A stretch of 64,000 nucleotides of DNA from Dictyostelium discoideum (taxonomy: Eukaryota): the NCBI GenBank assembly GCA_000004695.1, contig CM000150.2:64001-128000 (forward strand), written 5' to 3'. The translations under genes were made by a program, and so were the position numbers. A model generated the notes under the pieces. It was not told the origin of the DNA. It was given only the letters and a program-made list of their open reading frames with translations, and did not search any database. How positions within the stretch are numbered: the stretch's first letter is position 1; every line of letters starts with the position of its first letter. Below, piece by piece: positions 22,901 through 35,889 of this stretch.

Positions 22901-25292
22901 CTTCCTTTGTGATGCAATCTGATTTCGGACCCTCTGGAATTGAAATCGGAATTGGGTTTAGCATCGGCTTGAAATTTGGAAGCAGATGGACTTTTAATCC
23001 ATTTACAACCTCTTGACAAAAGTTTAGAAGACCCAATTCTTTCCAAACTTGTTTGTGGTGGAACAGACGTCCACCTACTGGTAAGTTTACTTCTTGTTCT
23101 TCTGAAAACGGTTGTTGGTACCGTTGGCAGACTTTGTATTGTTGCTACCTGATGCAACAATACTTGGTGATCCATTGAAGTTGTTAGATCGGCCATTACT
23201 CCCACTACTGGATTTACCATTACTACTGTTTCCTGTAGTGTTATTACCACTTGAGTTAACTGATTTCTTGACATTGGACTTGGAATGATAATTCAATTTT
23301 AACAATGATTGTTTAGCTTCGTTGTTCTTTCTGATTGACTTGGCTAGCTTTCTTACACGTTCAGTTTCAGTTTCATCAAACATCTTTGGTGTATCCTTGA
23401 TCTTAATTCGTAAGAGTACTTCAGAACCATAAATTTCTTTAGCGATGTTGTTACGACGGACACGACTAAGCGATGCTTGAGCATTAACGGCTAAGACGAT
23501 TGCACTCTGAGTTAAATAACTAATAAGTTCTAAATCGACATTAGAGCTATCAGATGATAACATACTTGACATGAGAAGCAAAGGTTTTAAGCTATCGTTG
23601 ATTCGCTTTTCGACAATCAACAAGTCAGTATCATTGTTCTTGACGTTGGATGATACAGTAATACCTTCAGGTGTACCGAATGGAGCGACATTCACTTGGA
23701 AGTTAGATGGAAAGTTGAATACTTTATTCAATTCGGATATCTCATCTTTCTTGAGGATACATTCTTCTTCGACGAATAAACCTTGATTGTTAACCATATG
23801 TTTGTACTGACCAAGTAAAGTATCGGATAATTGATAATCGGTTGGAAAATCGACATTCACAGCAAAGAAAAAACCACCTTTAAATTCGCTTTAAATTAAA
23901 TTTAAATTTGCTTTAAAGTCCTGAATTAAAGCAATTTTAAAGGTAATTTTAAAGGTAATTTTTAAAGGTTACTTAAAATCACCTTAAAAAATTACATTAA
24001 AATTACCTTTTTAATGGCTTTAAAAGCGAGGTCCTGAGTTCGAATCCGTTATTTAACGGATAAATTTTTTAAAATTTTTTTTTTAATTTTTCAAAAATTA
24101 CCCAAAAGGGATTCGATCCCCCGACCCTCTATCAAAGGGTAGTCTCATCAACCATTACACCATTTGATTGCTTTGATGAAAAATTTAAAAATGATAGAAT
24201 ATTTTATCCCCATTTTTTTGTGCTAAAATTAGATCTTTTTTATTAAAAACCTTAAATTTATGTTTAAAGGAAATTTAAATTCACTTTAAATCTACTTTTA
24301 ATCTACTTTAAATCCTATTTAAAATTAATTTAAAATAAATTTTAAAGGTATTTTTAAATATCTTAAAAATTATCTTAAAAATTACCTTAAAAATCACCTT
24401 TAAAATCACCTTTAAAATCACCTTTAAAATTGCTTAAAAATTTATTTTAAAGCAAATTTTAAAGGCATTTTTAAATATCTTAAAAATTACCTTAAAAATT
24501 ACCTTAAAAATGAATTTTTTAAACGCGGCTTTAAATTCAATTTAAATCCAATTTAAATCAACTTTTCTTTAAATTTGCTTTAAAGGTGCATTTTTCTTTG
24601 CTGTGTTGTTACTTGATTCATCTTCACTTTGTTCATTCTCAGTGTCAGAGTCATCATGAGAAGGTTGGCTACGTGAATTGGTATTAGATGAGAACATAGG
24701 TTCTTTCATGAATCTAGTAAAGGCTAAGGAAAGGTTGTTGATTTGATCCTCCATTGACTTCATTCTTAAATCAAAGGATTCAGCACTATTAGAGGCAGAG
24801 GTATTGCTACTAGAGGCTTCATTATTATTAACAGTGGTAGACATATTTTATTGTTGATATCTAAAATTATAATATGAGAAAAATAATAATATTAAAAATT
24901 AATAAAGAGAAATAATTATTTGTATAAAATTTGTGTGTGTGTGTATCTTAAATATATATAGGAGGAATTCCCAAATAAAATAAATCGAATTGTTTTAGTT
25001 TTTAGTGCCACTATTTATACGTTTTTATTTTCTTAAAAATTTCGCAAAACTCAAAAAAATAAGAGTTTTCGACCCTTCACAACTTTGTGCATAGTGTCGG
25101 TTCGAAATTTTTCAGTTTTTCGACCTTACACAATGATCGCGTCATTGTGCCGGTTCGAAATTTTTACTTTTCTTTCGAAAATTTTTTATTCTTCGAATGT
25201 TCTAGAACATTCTAAAAAATTATCTTAAATATTTGGGAAATTCAAATAAATAAATGTTATTCATAATATATATATATATATGATAATATAAA
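19986..25292 (-). mobile_element. DIRS-1 copy C with frameshifts in ORF2 and ORF3. A 748-bp TIR element is inserted in ORF1.
   Basis: ORF3 pieces are 20173-21429 and 21607-23274, and ORF2 is 21708-23036. ORF1 is split into 23087-23857 and 24606-24844. The ITRs lie at 19986-20170 and 24960-25292. Confidence 0.8.
23858..24605 (+). mobile_element. MITE-like non-autonomous TIR element. Its TIRs are CACAGCAAAGAAAAAACCACCTTTAAA … TTTAAAGGTGCATTTTTCTTTGCTGTG. It has subterminal TTTAAAGG repeats and a tRNA-like core, and is flanked by a TT target duplication.
   Basis: It interrupts DIRS ORF1 exactly. The flanks read …CGACATT|…|TTGTTACT, against the intact CGACATTGTTACT at 14240. Other copies lie at 36130-36761 and 37612-38644. 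Confidence 0.75.
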
Positions 25293-26640
25293 ACAGCTGA
25301 GCTGTTAATGAAGTCATGGGAACCTTCCACTCTCAAAGTATATAGCTCCAGTTATACAAGATTCCGCAATTTCTGTACTTTGAACTCTTTGAATCCAGCA
25401 AACATTACCTTAGTTGTTTTCATGGATTATCTTACACATCTGTTCAAACACAAACCTCCGTTTGCCTTCTCAACAATTAACGGTCATCGCTCTATGTTGA
25501 ATCAGTTGTTACTCCTTAGGAATCAAACTGATATTGCTAATGATCCATTCATCACAAGAATTATGACTGGCATTCACAAGTTGCGTCCTTCATCTGCAAA
25601 GTATAAAGAGATATGGGATGCAAATCAAGTATTCAAGCACTTATCTACTATCAAAGTCATCCCCAAGTACACATACACTGCGCTATTAAACAAGACACTT
25701 GTACTCTGTAAAATGTTTGGTTTAGCAAGATCATCAGACTTGGTGAAGTGGTCGTTCAAAGGTCTCATTATTACTACTGACTCAATCAAAGGTCCAGTTA
25801 TTAATGCTAAAGAACAAAGAAGTGGTGTTGTTTCAATCTTAGAATTAACATCTTTAGATGATACAAACTCTCAAGTATGCCCTGTTCGCCACCTTGCAAC
25901 ATACCTTAGAGCCTCTAAAGGAAGAAGAAAGCCCCATTCGGGTGACTCTGTCTTTATTAAGAATGAGGGCTCCAAGTTAATGATATTAACTCAATTGTAT
26001 TATCAACACTCTCAAAGTCAGGTATTGATATTGTCAAGTTCAAATCTCACTCTACCCGTTCCGCTATGGCTTCTCTGCTGTTGTCAAATAACTTTCCGTT
26101 CCACGTTGTCAAGAAGTTGGTTCGTTGGAAATCAAACGATACTGTAGATACCTTCTACGATAAAAGAATCATTGGTGAAAAATCTGGTGGTTTCTTAAAT
26201 ACTGTCGTCCAAATTTCATAATATATATATATATATAATAATATAAATTAAAAATTTAATTTATTAAATTATATTTTATATTAAATATATATATATATAT
26301 TAGTCCCATCCCACTCTCCCTTAGTCGGAATTCCATAAATCAAATTGTTTTAGTTTTTAGTGCCACTATTTATACGTTTTTATTTTCTTAAAAATTTCGC
26401 AAAACTCAAAAAAATAAGTGTTTTCGACCCTTCACAACTTTGTGCATTGTGTCGGTTCGGAATTTTTATGTTTTTCGACCTTGCGCAATGATCGCGTCAT
26501 TGTGCCGGTTCGAAATTTTTACTTTTCTTTCGAAAATTTTTTTATTCTTCGAATGTTCTAGAACATTCTAAAAAATTATCTTAAATATTTGGGAAATTCA
26601 AATAAATAAATGTTATTCATAATATATATATATGATAATA
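25293..26640 (+). mobile_element. DIRS-1 fragment E comprising the ORF3 C-terminal part, with an internal deletion, plus the right ITR.
   Basis: It begins mid-ORF3 (MKSWEPSTLKVY…). A 57-bp ORF2 snippet follows at 26641-26697. Confidence 0.75.
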
Positions 26641-26697
26641 TAAATGCCGTTCGGGTTATCGACAGCTCCTCGTATCTTTACAATGCTGTTACAAAGA

Positions 26698-28522
26698 GAT
26701 AGCTTTTATAAAAAATTAATGGATATTACTGGTGAAAAAATAAAATATCCAACAAATGATCCAGATGACCCATGTAAACATTTATGTAACCAAAACCAGA
26801 TGAAATTTTTTATCAAGAAAATAATGAAAATAATGAAAATAATCAAACAATTGATAATGAAGAAAATCATGATACAATTGGGTTGGTACATAGTGAAGAT
26901 GAAAACAATGAAATTATAATGGATCAAAATGAAGCAAACATTAATAATGAAAATAATGAAAATAATGAAAATGAAAATTGTCAAAATGAACCAATAAATA
27001 ATAATCAAAATAATAATATAGATATTGAAAAATCAAAAAAAAAATTAAATGAAACTGAAATTGAATTTTTAATGTTGGGAATTGAAAACTCAATAAGTTT
27101 AAAGCTTCTTGAAAAATTTAAAAGTTTTATTGACAAAAATAAAACTAATTTAAATCAAATAAGATACACACCTCAATATATTGATAAATTATTTATGGAA
27201 GATTTTCAAATAAAAGGAGAAACATTTATAAATAAAAATTATGATCACTCAATTTTTTATTTTGAAATTAAAAAAGTATTAGAAACTTTATTAAATAAAA
27301 AGCAATTTTTTGAAAGAATAGATTTTGATACAGATTTTGAAACTGGAATTTATACAAATTATAAAAGTGGTCAACAATTTAAAGATTTAAAAAATAAAAA
27401 TAAAAATAAAATTGTTTTACTTAGAATATTCACTGATAGTATGCAGTGTCAAAACAAGAAAGATTATACTATAATGCTGGATACAGAAAATTATATTGGA
27501 AATTAATTTAAAAATAATAAATTATTATTATTTGTAGTACCAAATGATTGGTTACTTAATTTCCATCAAACAATTAGGGCATTGTTTTCATCTTTTATTG
27601 GTAATGGCTTTAATTTAATTATTGAAAATGAGCAAATAGATGTTGTACCGTTTGGACTGACAATGGATATTCCAGAATTTAGAGCATCGTGTAAACTTAA
27701 TGGACATAATCCAAATGAATATGCATGTCACACATGTGACAAACCAAGATATGGTTTATTTATTTGCAAATCAGGTACATTAAGAAAACAAGAAGATATT
27801 ACAAATTTTCACTCCACCAAACCAAATTATGCTGAACTAAATGCTGATATAGAATTAAAAAAAGTATGGGAAAAAAAAGCAAAAGATATTGGTATCAAAG
27901 GTGTGGACAGAGGGTGGGTCGAACCCTTGTCCATTAATTATTTAAAAACACAGCCGGACATTTTACATAATATTTTATAAGGTGTCGCACAAAGGTGTTT
28001 AAATTACATTTTTGATAAATATAAAAATAAAATTGCAAATTTTTTAAATAATTTAAAAAATGCAAAAATAATAGATAACAAACCAAAACCAGCAATTTCA
28101 CTATTTGCAAATAAAACAAGGAAAGGAAGAGATAATAGATCAATATTATATTACCTTTTGATGTCAATTAAAAATCAAATATCAAATGATGATTTTTTAA
28201 TTATGGAATAATTAGTAACTATATGTTTTAAATTATACAGTGACTCTTTTGATGAAAATGATTTAAATTCACTTCAAGAATTAATTGAAAGTAAATTTAA
28301 TTACTGAAACAGAAATAATGAATTTCCACTTGTAATTACATTATCCAATTTATATAAAAAATTTAGGTGCTCCAAAATACACTTCAGCTGAAACTTTTGA
28401 AGCACAATTATCAAGAATTAAAAATTATTTAAATAATAATACAAATAATAGGGATGAACAATATGAAAGGGTTTCCAAAGAAAACATGGTGAAATTTTTT
28501 AATTCAGTAGATAAATTAAAAA
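26698..28522 (+). mobile_element. Beta DNA-transposon fragment, 5'-truncated, with multiple stop codons.
   Basis: Colinear with 5130-6960. ORF pieces lie at 26883-27506 and 27582-27980. Confidence 0.7.
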
Positions 28523-29421
28523 CACAGCGATGAAAGTTACACCTTTAAAGCAACTTTAAATTAAATTAAAGTGGATTTAAAGTCCTATAAAAAAGTCACT
28601 TAAAAATTAATTTAAAAGCAATTTTTTAAATGACCTTTAAAATCACCTTTAAAATCACCTTTAAAATTACCTTTAAAATCACCTTTAAAATTAACTTTAA
28701 AATGACCTTGAAAATTACCTTTATAATGCTCTTTAAAATTAACTTTAAAATGCCCTTTAAAATTACCTTTATAATGCTCTTTAAAATTACCTTTAAAATG
28801 ACCTTTAAAATGACCTTTAAAATTACCTTTATAATTTTTTTTAAAATTAAGTTTAAAATGCCCTTTAAAATTAACTTTATAATGCTCTTTAAAATTACTT
28901 AAAAATATGATTAAAAACTATATTAATAATTACATTTTAAATCTCCTTAAAAATTGAATTTTAAAGTTTATTAATAATTACATTTAAAAGCACCTTATTA
29001 ATAATGCAAAAATAAATAAAAAAATTTTAAAAATTATTTTAAAACTATAGTATGAAATAAAATTTTATGTGAACAATAAAATACACAGATATATTATTTT
29101 TTAATAATAAAATTTATTTTTAAATTTTAAAAATTATTTAAAACTTTTATTGGGAAGAATTTAAGTAAAGTGCAGAATGAGGAAATTGAAATGCTTCTTG
29201 TGCATCTTTTCTCATTTTAGCCTTAGAGTCAAATTTACTACTAAAATCATTTAATATTGAAATTAATCTCTTTATTAAAGGAACTGAATCTGGGTACCAG
29301 TGTTTCTCTTCACCTGTTTAACAAGAGTCAACAAACTCTTTTATGAAAATATCATTTTGATAATTTTCATAATTAATGTGGCTGAGAAAAAGAGAAAGTA
29401 AAGCAGGGGAAAACTGTATTT

Positions 29422-29471
<50 letters not shown>

Positions 29472-29749
29472 TATTTTGTAAATTTTGATTATATTAATTT
29501 ATACACACAATTTCATTACCAAAAAATACTTGGCTATCGGAAATATAAACTTTAAGATTGTGGTTTTTTTCACCTTTTGAATAAATGGCTAAACTGTCAG
29601 CTACTTTTGTTCTTGTGTTACTATCCTTATTACTTACCCATTTCGTTAACCTTGCAAAAATATTTTGACTGGTACAATCTTCGTTACTACCACCAGCTTG
29701 TTTAATTATTCCAGTAATAAAGAAATTTGAAACCTATTTATTTAAATTA

Positions 29750-29786
<37 letters not shown>

Positions 29787-32603
29787 ATTAATCTGGTAAC
29801 ATACATCGCCATCTGAAAAGTATTTACTTTGACAAACTTTCTGAAGACTTTCGTATTCCAATATGTATTGAAATCATTTTCGCTTTTTCAGTCTGCCCGA
29901 AAATGAAAAAAAATTAAAAAAAATCATTTTTTACATAAAAATGTAAAAATTATGTAAAAAAGTTTTTAATTTTTTGATTTATTATTTTTTGAAGCCGAGA
30001 TTTTATCGTGGCATTTGTAAATTATAAGGTAATTGGTATCATCAATTTGAATTGGTAAAACATTATTTAGAATATTATCATATGTAATATAATTTAATTC
30101 ATTTGAAAGAAAATGGTATTTGTTAAATTGGTCACCAACATATTTGTCAAATAATTTAATAATATTGCATGTTTTATTATGTTATCATCCATTTCAATCA
30201 TTGATATTGAATTGATAATACCTGACCATCTACCTGAAAGTTCATTATCTGATGCAACTTCAACTGCATCACCAACATTGTATATTTCTTTATTATTTTT
30301 AATTGATGAGTGATTATTTATATTTTTATAATTTTGAAATAATGAATCTAATTTAATTTTTATGTTATCTAAATTATCTGGATTTTTTATTTTGTTACCA
30401 ATAATTAAAGCTGTACTTTCAATTTCAATACTTTTTAATTTATCTACTGATTTAAAAAATTTCACCATGTTTAATTTGGTAACCCTTTCATATTGTTCGT
30501 CCCTATTATTTGTATTATTATTTAAATAATTTTTAATTCTTGAGAATTGTGCTTCAAAAGTTTCAGCTGAAGTGTATTTTGGTGCACCCCAATTTTTTAT
30601 ATAAATTGGATAATGTAACAACAAGTGGAAATTCATTATTTCTGTTACTTTAAACATCTTTGCGCGACACCTAATAAAATATGTAAAATGTCTGGTTGTG
30701 TTTTTAAATAATTAATGGACAAGGGTTCGACCCACCCTCTGTCCACACCTTTGATACCAATATCTTTTGCTTTTTTTCCCATACTTTTTTTAATTCTATA
30801 TCAGCATTTAGTTCAGCATAATTTGGTTTGGTGGAGTGAAAATTTGTAATATCTTCTTGTTTTCTTAATGTACCTGATTTGCAAATAAATAAACCATATC
30901 TTGGTTTGTCACATGTGTGACATGCATATTCATTTGGATTATGTCCATTAAGTTTACACGATGCTCTAAATTCTGGAATATCCATTGTCAGTCCAAACGG
31001 TACAACATCTATTTGCTCATTTTCAATAATTAAATTAAAGCCATTACCAATAAAAGATGAAAACAATGCCCTAATTGTTTGATGGAAATTAAGTAACCAA
31101 TCATTTGGTACTACAAATAATAATAATTTATTATTTTTAAATTAATTTCCAATATAATTTTCTGTATCCAGCATTATAGTATAATCTTTCTTGTTTTGAC
31201 ACTGCATACTATCAGTGAATATTCTAAGTAAAACAATTTTATTTTTATTTTTATTTTTTAAATCTTTAAATTGTTGACCACTTTTATAATTTGTATAAAT
31301 TCCAGTTTCAAAATCTGTATCAAAATCTATTCTTTCAAAAAATTGCTTTTTATTTAATAAAGTTTCTAATACTTTTTTAATTTCAAAATAAAAAATTGAG
31401 TGATCATAATTTTTATTTATAAATGTTTCTCCTTTTATTTGAAAATCTTCCATAAATAATTTATCAATATATTGAGGTGTGTATCTTATTTGATTTAAAT
31501 TAGTTTTATTTTTGTCAATAAAACTTTTAAATTTTTCAAGAAGCTTTAAACTTATTGAGTTTTCAATTCCCAACATTAAAAATTCAATTTCAGTTCCATT
31601 TAATTTTTTTTTTGATTTTTCATTATCTAAATTATTATTAAGATTATTATTTATTGGTTCGTTTTGAGCATTTTCATTTTCATTATTTTCATTATTTTCA
31701 TTATTAATGTTTGCTTCATTTTCATCTATTCTAATTTCATTGTTTTCATCTTCACTATGTACCAACCCAATTATATCATGATTTTCTTCATTATCAATTG
31801 TTTGATTATTTTCATTATTTTCATTATTTTCTTGATAAAAAATTTCATCTTGGTTTTGGTTACATAAATGTTTACATGGGTCATCTGGATCATTTGTTGG
31901 ATATTTTATTTTTTCACCAGTAATATCCACTAATTTTTTATAAAAGCTATCTCTTTTTTGATTATTTGTAATAATTTTATTTTGTTCATTTTTACATTTT
32001 TTGGTGTTGAAATGTCCATTTACATCATAAAATTGTTTATAAGAACGGTAATATGCAAGACAAAATGGACATATATTTTTATGCATAATATAATGAATAA
32101 TAATATTTTTAAAATTCTTTAATTTTTCTCTGCAATTAATGCATGACATGTTATTTAAATTCATTTTGTTTGCTGGCTGGAAATTAAAAATAATATTTTT
32201 TTTTTTTTTTTCCTCGAGTTTTTACGTTTTTTTTTTTTTTTTTTTTTCATTTTATTCAAATTTTAGCATTTTAGCAAGTAGATATATGATTTAGTACTTA
32301 GAATTTTATATTTAGAGGGATATACCCCATTTTCAAAAAATGACCGGGAACCTATGACCCTGTCTATACCTTTTTCTTTTTAAAATATTAAAAAAAAAAA
32401 CTATAAAATCTGCCCAATTTATTGTAAAACTACACTAATGCAATAATATACATGTGCACTCGTTAATTGTTTATTAATTATAAAAAATAAAAAATAAAAA
32501 ATCTTTTTTTATATGTATGTTTATACTTATAATATAAATATGAAAAACAAATAATTAAATTTTTTTTTTTTTTTTTTTGATATTTTTCGCTTTTTGAAAT
32601 GAA
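28523..32603 (-). mobile_element. Beta DNA transposon, inverted near-full-length copy. It includes the right-end subterminal repeats (28523-28900).
   Basis: It is the reverse complement of 4489-8799. The large ORF is in pieces at 32164..31142, 31066..30704 and 30657..30094. Gene 2 retains its middle and last exons but lacks exon 1. The terminal sequence at about 32580-32603 is degenerate. Confidence 0.65.
31142..32164 (-). pseudogene. Beta large-ORF N-terminal portion. The N-terminus (MNLNNMSCINCREKLKNFKNIII…) is intact and the downstream part is frameshifted.
   Basis: Supplied ORF, homologous to 4914-5940. Confidence 0.6.
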
Positions 32604-32829
32604 AAGTAAAATTTAAAATAACATAATATAAAACCCAAGGCAATTGAAACACTTATTTATTATTAATTAATAAAAATAATAATAATAGAATTCAATTGCC
32701 ACTGAAACAAATAAATAAAGAATTAAAATTACTTTGGTTATCTTTTTAGTTTTTTTTTTTTTTTAATTTTCATAATTTTTTTTTTTTTCTTTTATTTTCT
32801 TATTTTTTTTTTTTTTTTAATAAATTTGA

Positions 32830-33135
32830 AATAAATAGTGTAAAAATTGATTTGAAATGTATTTAAAATGCATTTAAAATGTATTTTAAAAAATATAATT
32901 AATAAAAGCTTAAAAAAGGATTAATAAGTAATTTTAAATTACATTAAAAATAACTTTTTTAAATTTATTATAAAGTGATTAAAACATTATTTAAAAACCG
33001 CTTTATAATAAATTTAAAAGGTCATTTTTAATGTAATTTTAAATGACCTTAAAAATATCTTTAAAATTACCTTTTTAAAAAGCAAATTTTAAGCCAATTT
33101 AAAGTTGATTTAATGGTGTAATTTTCATCGCTGTG
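32830..33135 (+). mobile_element. MITE/beta-type right-end fragment with TTTAAAGG repeats and a terminus …TCATCGCTGTG at 33135.
   Basis: It has the same terminus as 8799. Confidence 0.55.
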
Positions 33136-34615
33136 TGGAAAGTTTACTTCCTGTTCTTCTGAAAACGGTTGTTGGTACCGTTGGCAGATTTGGTATTGTT
33201 GCTACCTGATGCAACATTACTTGGTGATCCATTGAAGTTGTTAGATCGGCCATTACTCCCACTACTGGATTTATTATCGCTACTGTTTCCTGTAGTGTTA
33301 TTACCACTTGGGTTAACTAATTTCTTGACATTGGGCTTGGAATGATAATTCAATTTTAACAATGATTGTTTAGCTTCGTTGTTCTTTCTGATTGACTTGG
33401 CTAGCTTTCTTACACGTTCAGTTTCAGTTTCATCAAAAATCTTTGGTGTATCCTTGATCTTAATTGGTAAGAGTACTTCAGAACCATAGATTTCTTTAGC
33501 GATGTTGTTACGAAGGACACGACTAAGCGATGCTTGAGCATTAACAACTAAGACGATTGCTCTCTGAGTTAAGTAACTAATAAGTTCTACATCGACATTA
33601 GAGCTATCAGATGATAAGATACTTGACATGAGAAGCAAAGGTTTCAAGCTATCGTTGATTCGCTTTTCAACAATCAACAAGTCAGTATCATTGTTCTTGA
33701 CGTTGGGTGATACAGTAATACCTTCAGGTGTACCGAATGGAGCGAAATTCACTTGGAAGTTAGATGGAAAGTTGAATACTTTATTCAATTCGGATATCTC
33801 ATCTTTCTTGAGGATTCATTCTTCTTCGACGACATTGTTACTTGATTCATCTTCACTTTGTTCATTCTCAGTGTCAGAGTCATCATGAGAAGGTTGGCTA
33901 CGTGAATTGGTATTAGATGAGAACATAGGTTCTTTCATGAATCTTGTTAAGGCTAAGGAAAGGTTGTTGATTTGATCCTCCATTGATTTCATTCTTAAAT
34001 CAAAGGATTCAGCGCTATTAGAGGTAGAGGTACTACCACTAGAGGCTTCATTATTATTAACAGTGGTAGACATATTTTATTGTTGATATCTAAAATTATA
34101 ATATGAGAAAAATAATAATATTAAAAATTAATAAAGAGAAATAATTATTTGTATAAAATTTGTGTGTGTGTGTATCTTAAATATATATAGGAGGAATTCC
34201 CAAATAAAATAAATCAAATTGTTTTAGTTTTTTGTGCCACTATTTATACGTTTTTATTTTCTTAAAAATTTCTCAAAACTCAAAAAAATAAGTGTTTTCG
34301 ACCCTTCACAACTTTGTGCATTGTGTCGGTTCGGAATTTTTATGTTTTTCGACCTTGCGCAATGATCGCGTCATTGTGCCGGTTCGAAATTTTTACTTTT
34401 CTTCGAAAATTTTTTATTCTTCGAATGTTCTAGAACATTCTAAAAAATTATCTTAAATATTTGGGATCGCGTCATTGTGCCGGTTCGAAATTTTTACTTT
34501 TCTTCGAAAATTTTTTATTCTTCGAATGTTCTAGAACATTCTAAAAAATTATCTTAAATATTTGGGAAATTAAAATAAATAAATGTTATTCATAATATAT
34601 ATATGATAATATAAA
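33136..34615 (-). mobile_element. DIRS-1 fragment F comprising ORF1, with an internal deletion of about 250 bp, and a left ITR that carries a 70-bp internal duplication.
   Basis: ORF pieces lie at 33144-33788 and 33816-34073. The duplicated ITR segments are 34370-34440 and 34480-34550. Confidence 0.75.
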
Positions 34616-34858
34616 CACCGTCCAATAGCTCGTTAATGGATATAATTCTTTCGTGGAACGTTTTAATGTGCGGGTGTTTCCGCGCCAATGACGGCTAGCT
34701 GGTGGTCGCTTTTTGTAATAACAAACAAGATTGAACAGAGATATCATCATTAGCGATCAACTTAAATAAATAGTCGACAGTCTGGGGAGTAGTGGGCATT
34801 TCTGGATCGATAAGGTAAGCGTGACGATTATTTTAAATGGTTTCGCCTAAGCCCTTAA

Positions 34859-35108
34859 CTACTGTAGCAAAGCACGTTTGAAATATAAATTAAATACCAC
34901 AACTAGAACGTTAGGGTTACGTATAGCATACTCAATTAACCAGCGAGTTTTCCCAGTTTGACGTGAGCCACTGAAGCCAATTGTAAACAACTCTCGTAAA
35001 TGACATGCCTTAGTACCGCCAAGATTATTAGCAGCGCTACGCATTATTAATCGCAATACTTTTCTCAAGTTCTTGAACTATCGCATCATAATCAATTGTA
35101 GACGTCAT
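34859..35108 (-). pseudogene. P-loop NTPase pseudogene with a Walker A motif GFSGSRQTGKT. The N-terminal ORF MTSTIDYDAIVQELEKSIAINNA stops and then frameshifts into the Walker A frame.
   Basis: The SRQxGKT signature resembles the Walker A motif of T4 gp17 large terminase (SRQLGKT). An SD sequence GAGGT lies 9 nt upstream of the ATG. The G5 paralog (61993-62139) is truncated by a TAA stop after the Walker A serine-arginine. Confidence 0.4.
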
Positions 35109-35120
35109 GATTTTTTTACC

Positions 35121-35288
35121 TCATTTATTTAAGTGGTTGTATGAACTCACAGGGTTATAGTCCTCATAAACAGGAAGTAGTAGACCAGGTGCATTAGGCA
35201 TTGTTATTAATACACGCTGCCCACGCACATAAGGTTGGTTGTTAACATATTTAAAATCAGTTGCCACATAGCCTTTTGGAATTTCCAT
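35121..35288 (-). CDS. Small ORF of 55 aa (MEIPKGYVATDFKYVNNQPYVRGQRVL…). Its stop codon overlaps the RBS of the next gene.
   Basis: An intact paralog lies in G5 (62151-62328) with an in-frame 3-codon indel. The gene layout is bacterial-style. Confidence 0.4.
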   Translation of the reverse strand: MEIPKGYVATDFKYVNNQPYVRGQRVLITMPNAPGLLLPVYEDYNPVSSYNHLNK

Positions 35289-35530
35289 GGTAAACTAATC
35301 CTCTTAATAGGGGACCGATGGCGGGTTGACCGTCAGACTTCTACAACACCCAACCACGTAATATCGGAGTGCTTCTGTCATTGTTATTTTATTTTTAGAT
35401 GCTACGCGGTTGATTGTGGTTTACTTACACCAAAGTGTAAGCGTCGGTTATTTGCTGGCATACTTTCAGCCACGTCCCAAGTCTCCAATTCACCGCCTTC
35501 CTGCTATTAATGGTGCCTAATGACGGACAT

Positions 35531-35568
35531 TCATCTCAAAATAAAACCAGGAGGGGTAAAACCCTCCT
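35531..35568 (-). terminator. Rho-independent terminator-like hairpin (AGGAGGG-GTAAAA-CCCTCCT) followed on the minus strand by TTTTATTTT.
   Basis: A 7-bp GC-rich stem plus a T-run, conserved in the G5 paralog at 62567-62601. Confidence 0.45.
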
Positions 35569-35889
35569 ATATACTAATCTTACGGACGTGGTGATATCGA
35601 ATACCACATTCTGTAATTTGGATCATGCTGGGTGTTATTTAATGTTTTGGCTATTGCTATAACCGACCGAGCTACTGTGTTTCCACAGAAATGACTCGAA
35701 CCATCGACCCACAGCGTGTATATAGTGAGCTGGTGGTTTAACCTCCCAAGGGCGGTGTTCGACTATTCGTCAAACGAAGACAAGCTTTTTAATTTAATTA
35801 AACTACCACACCATCTTCAATTTCGATTTTGGTAGAAGAGTTAGATTCAGTTAATCAATGTTGGCTTCGAAATCCAGAATCTCTTTTTC

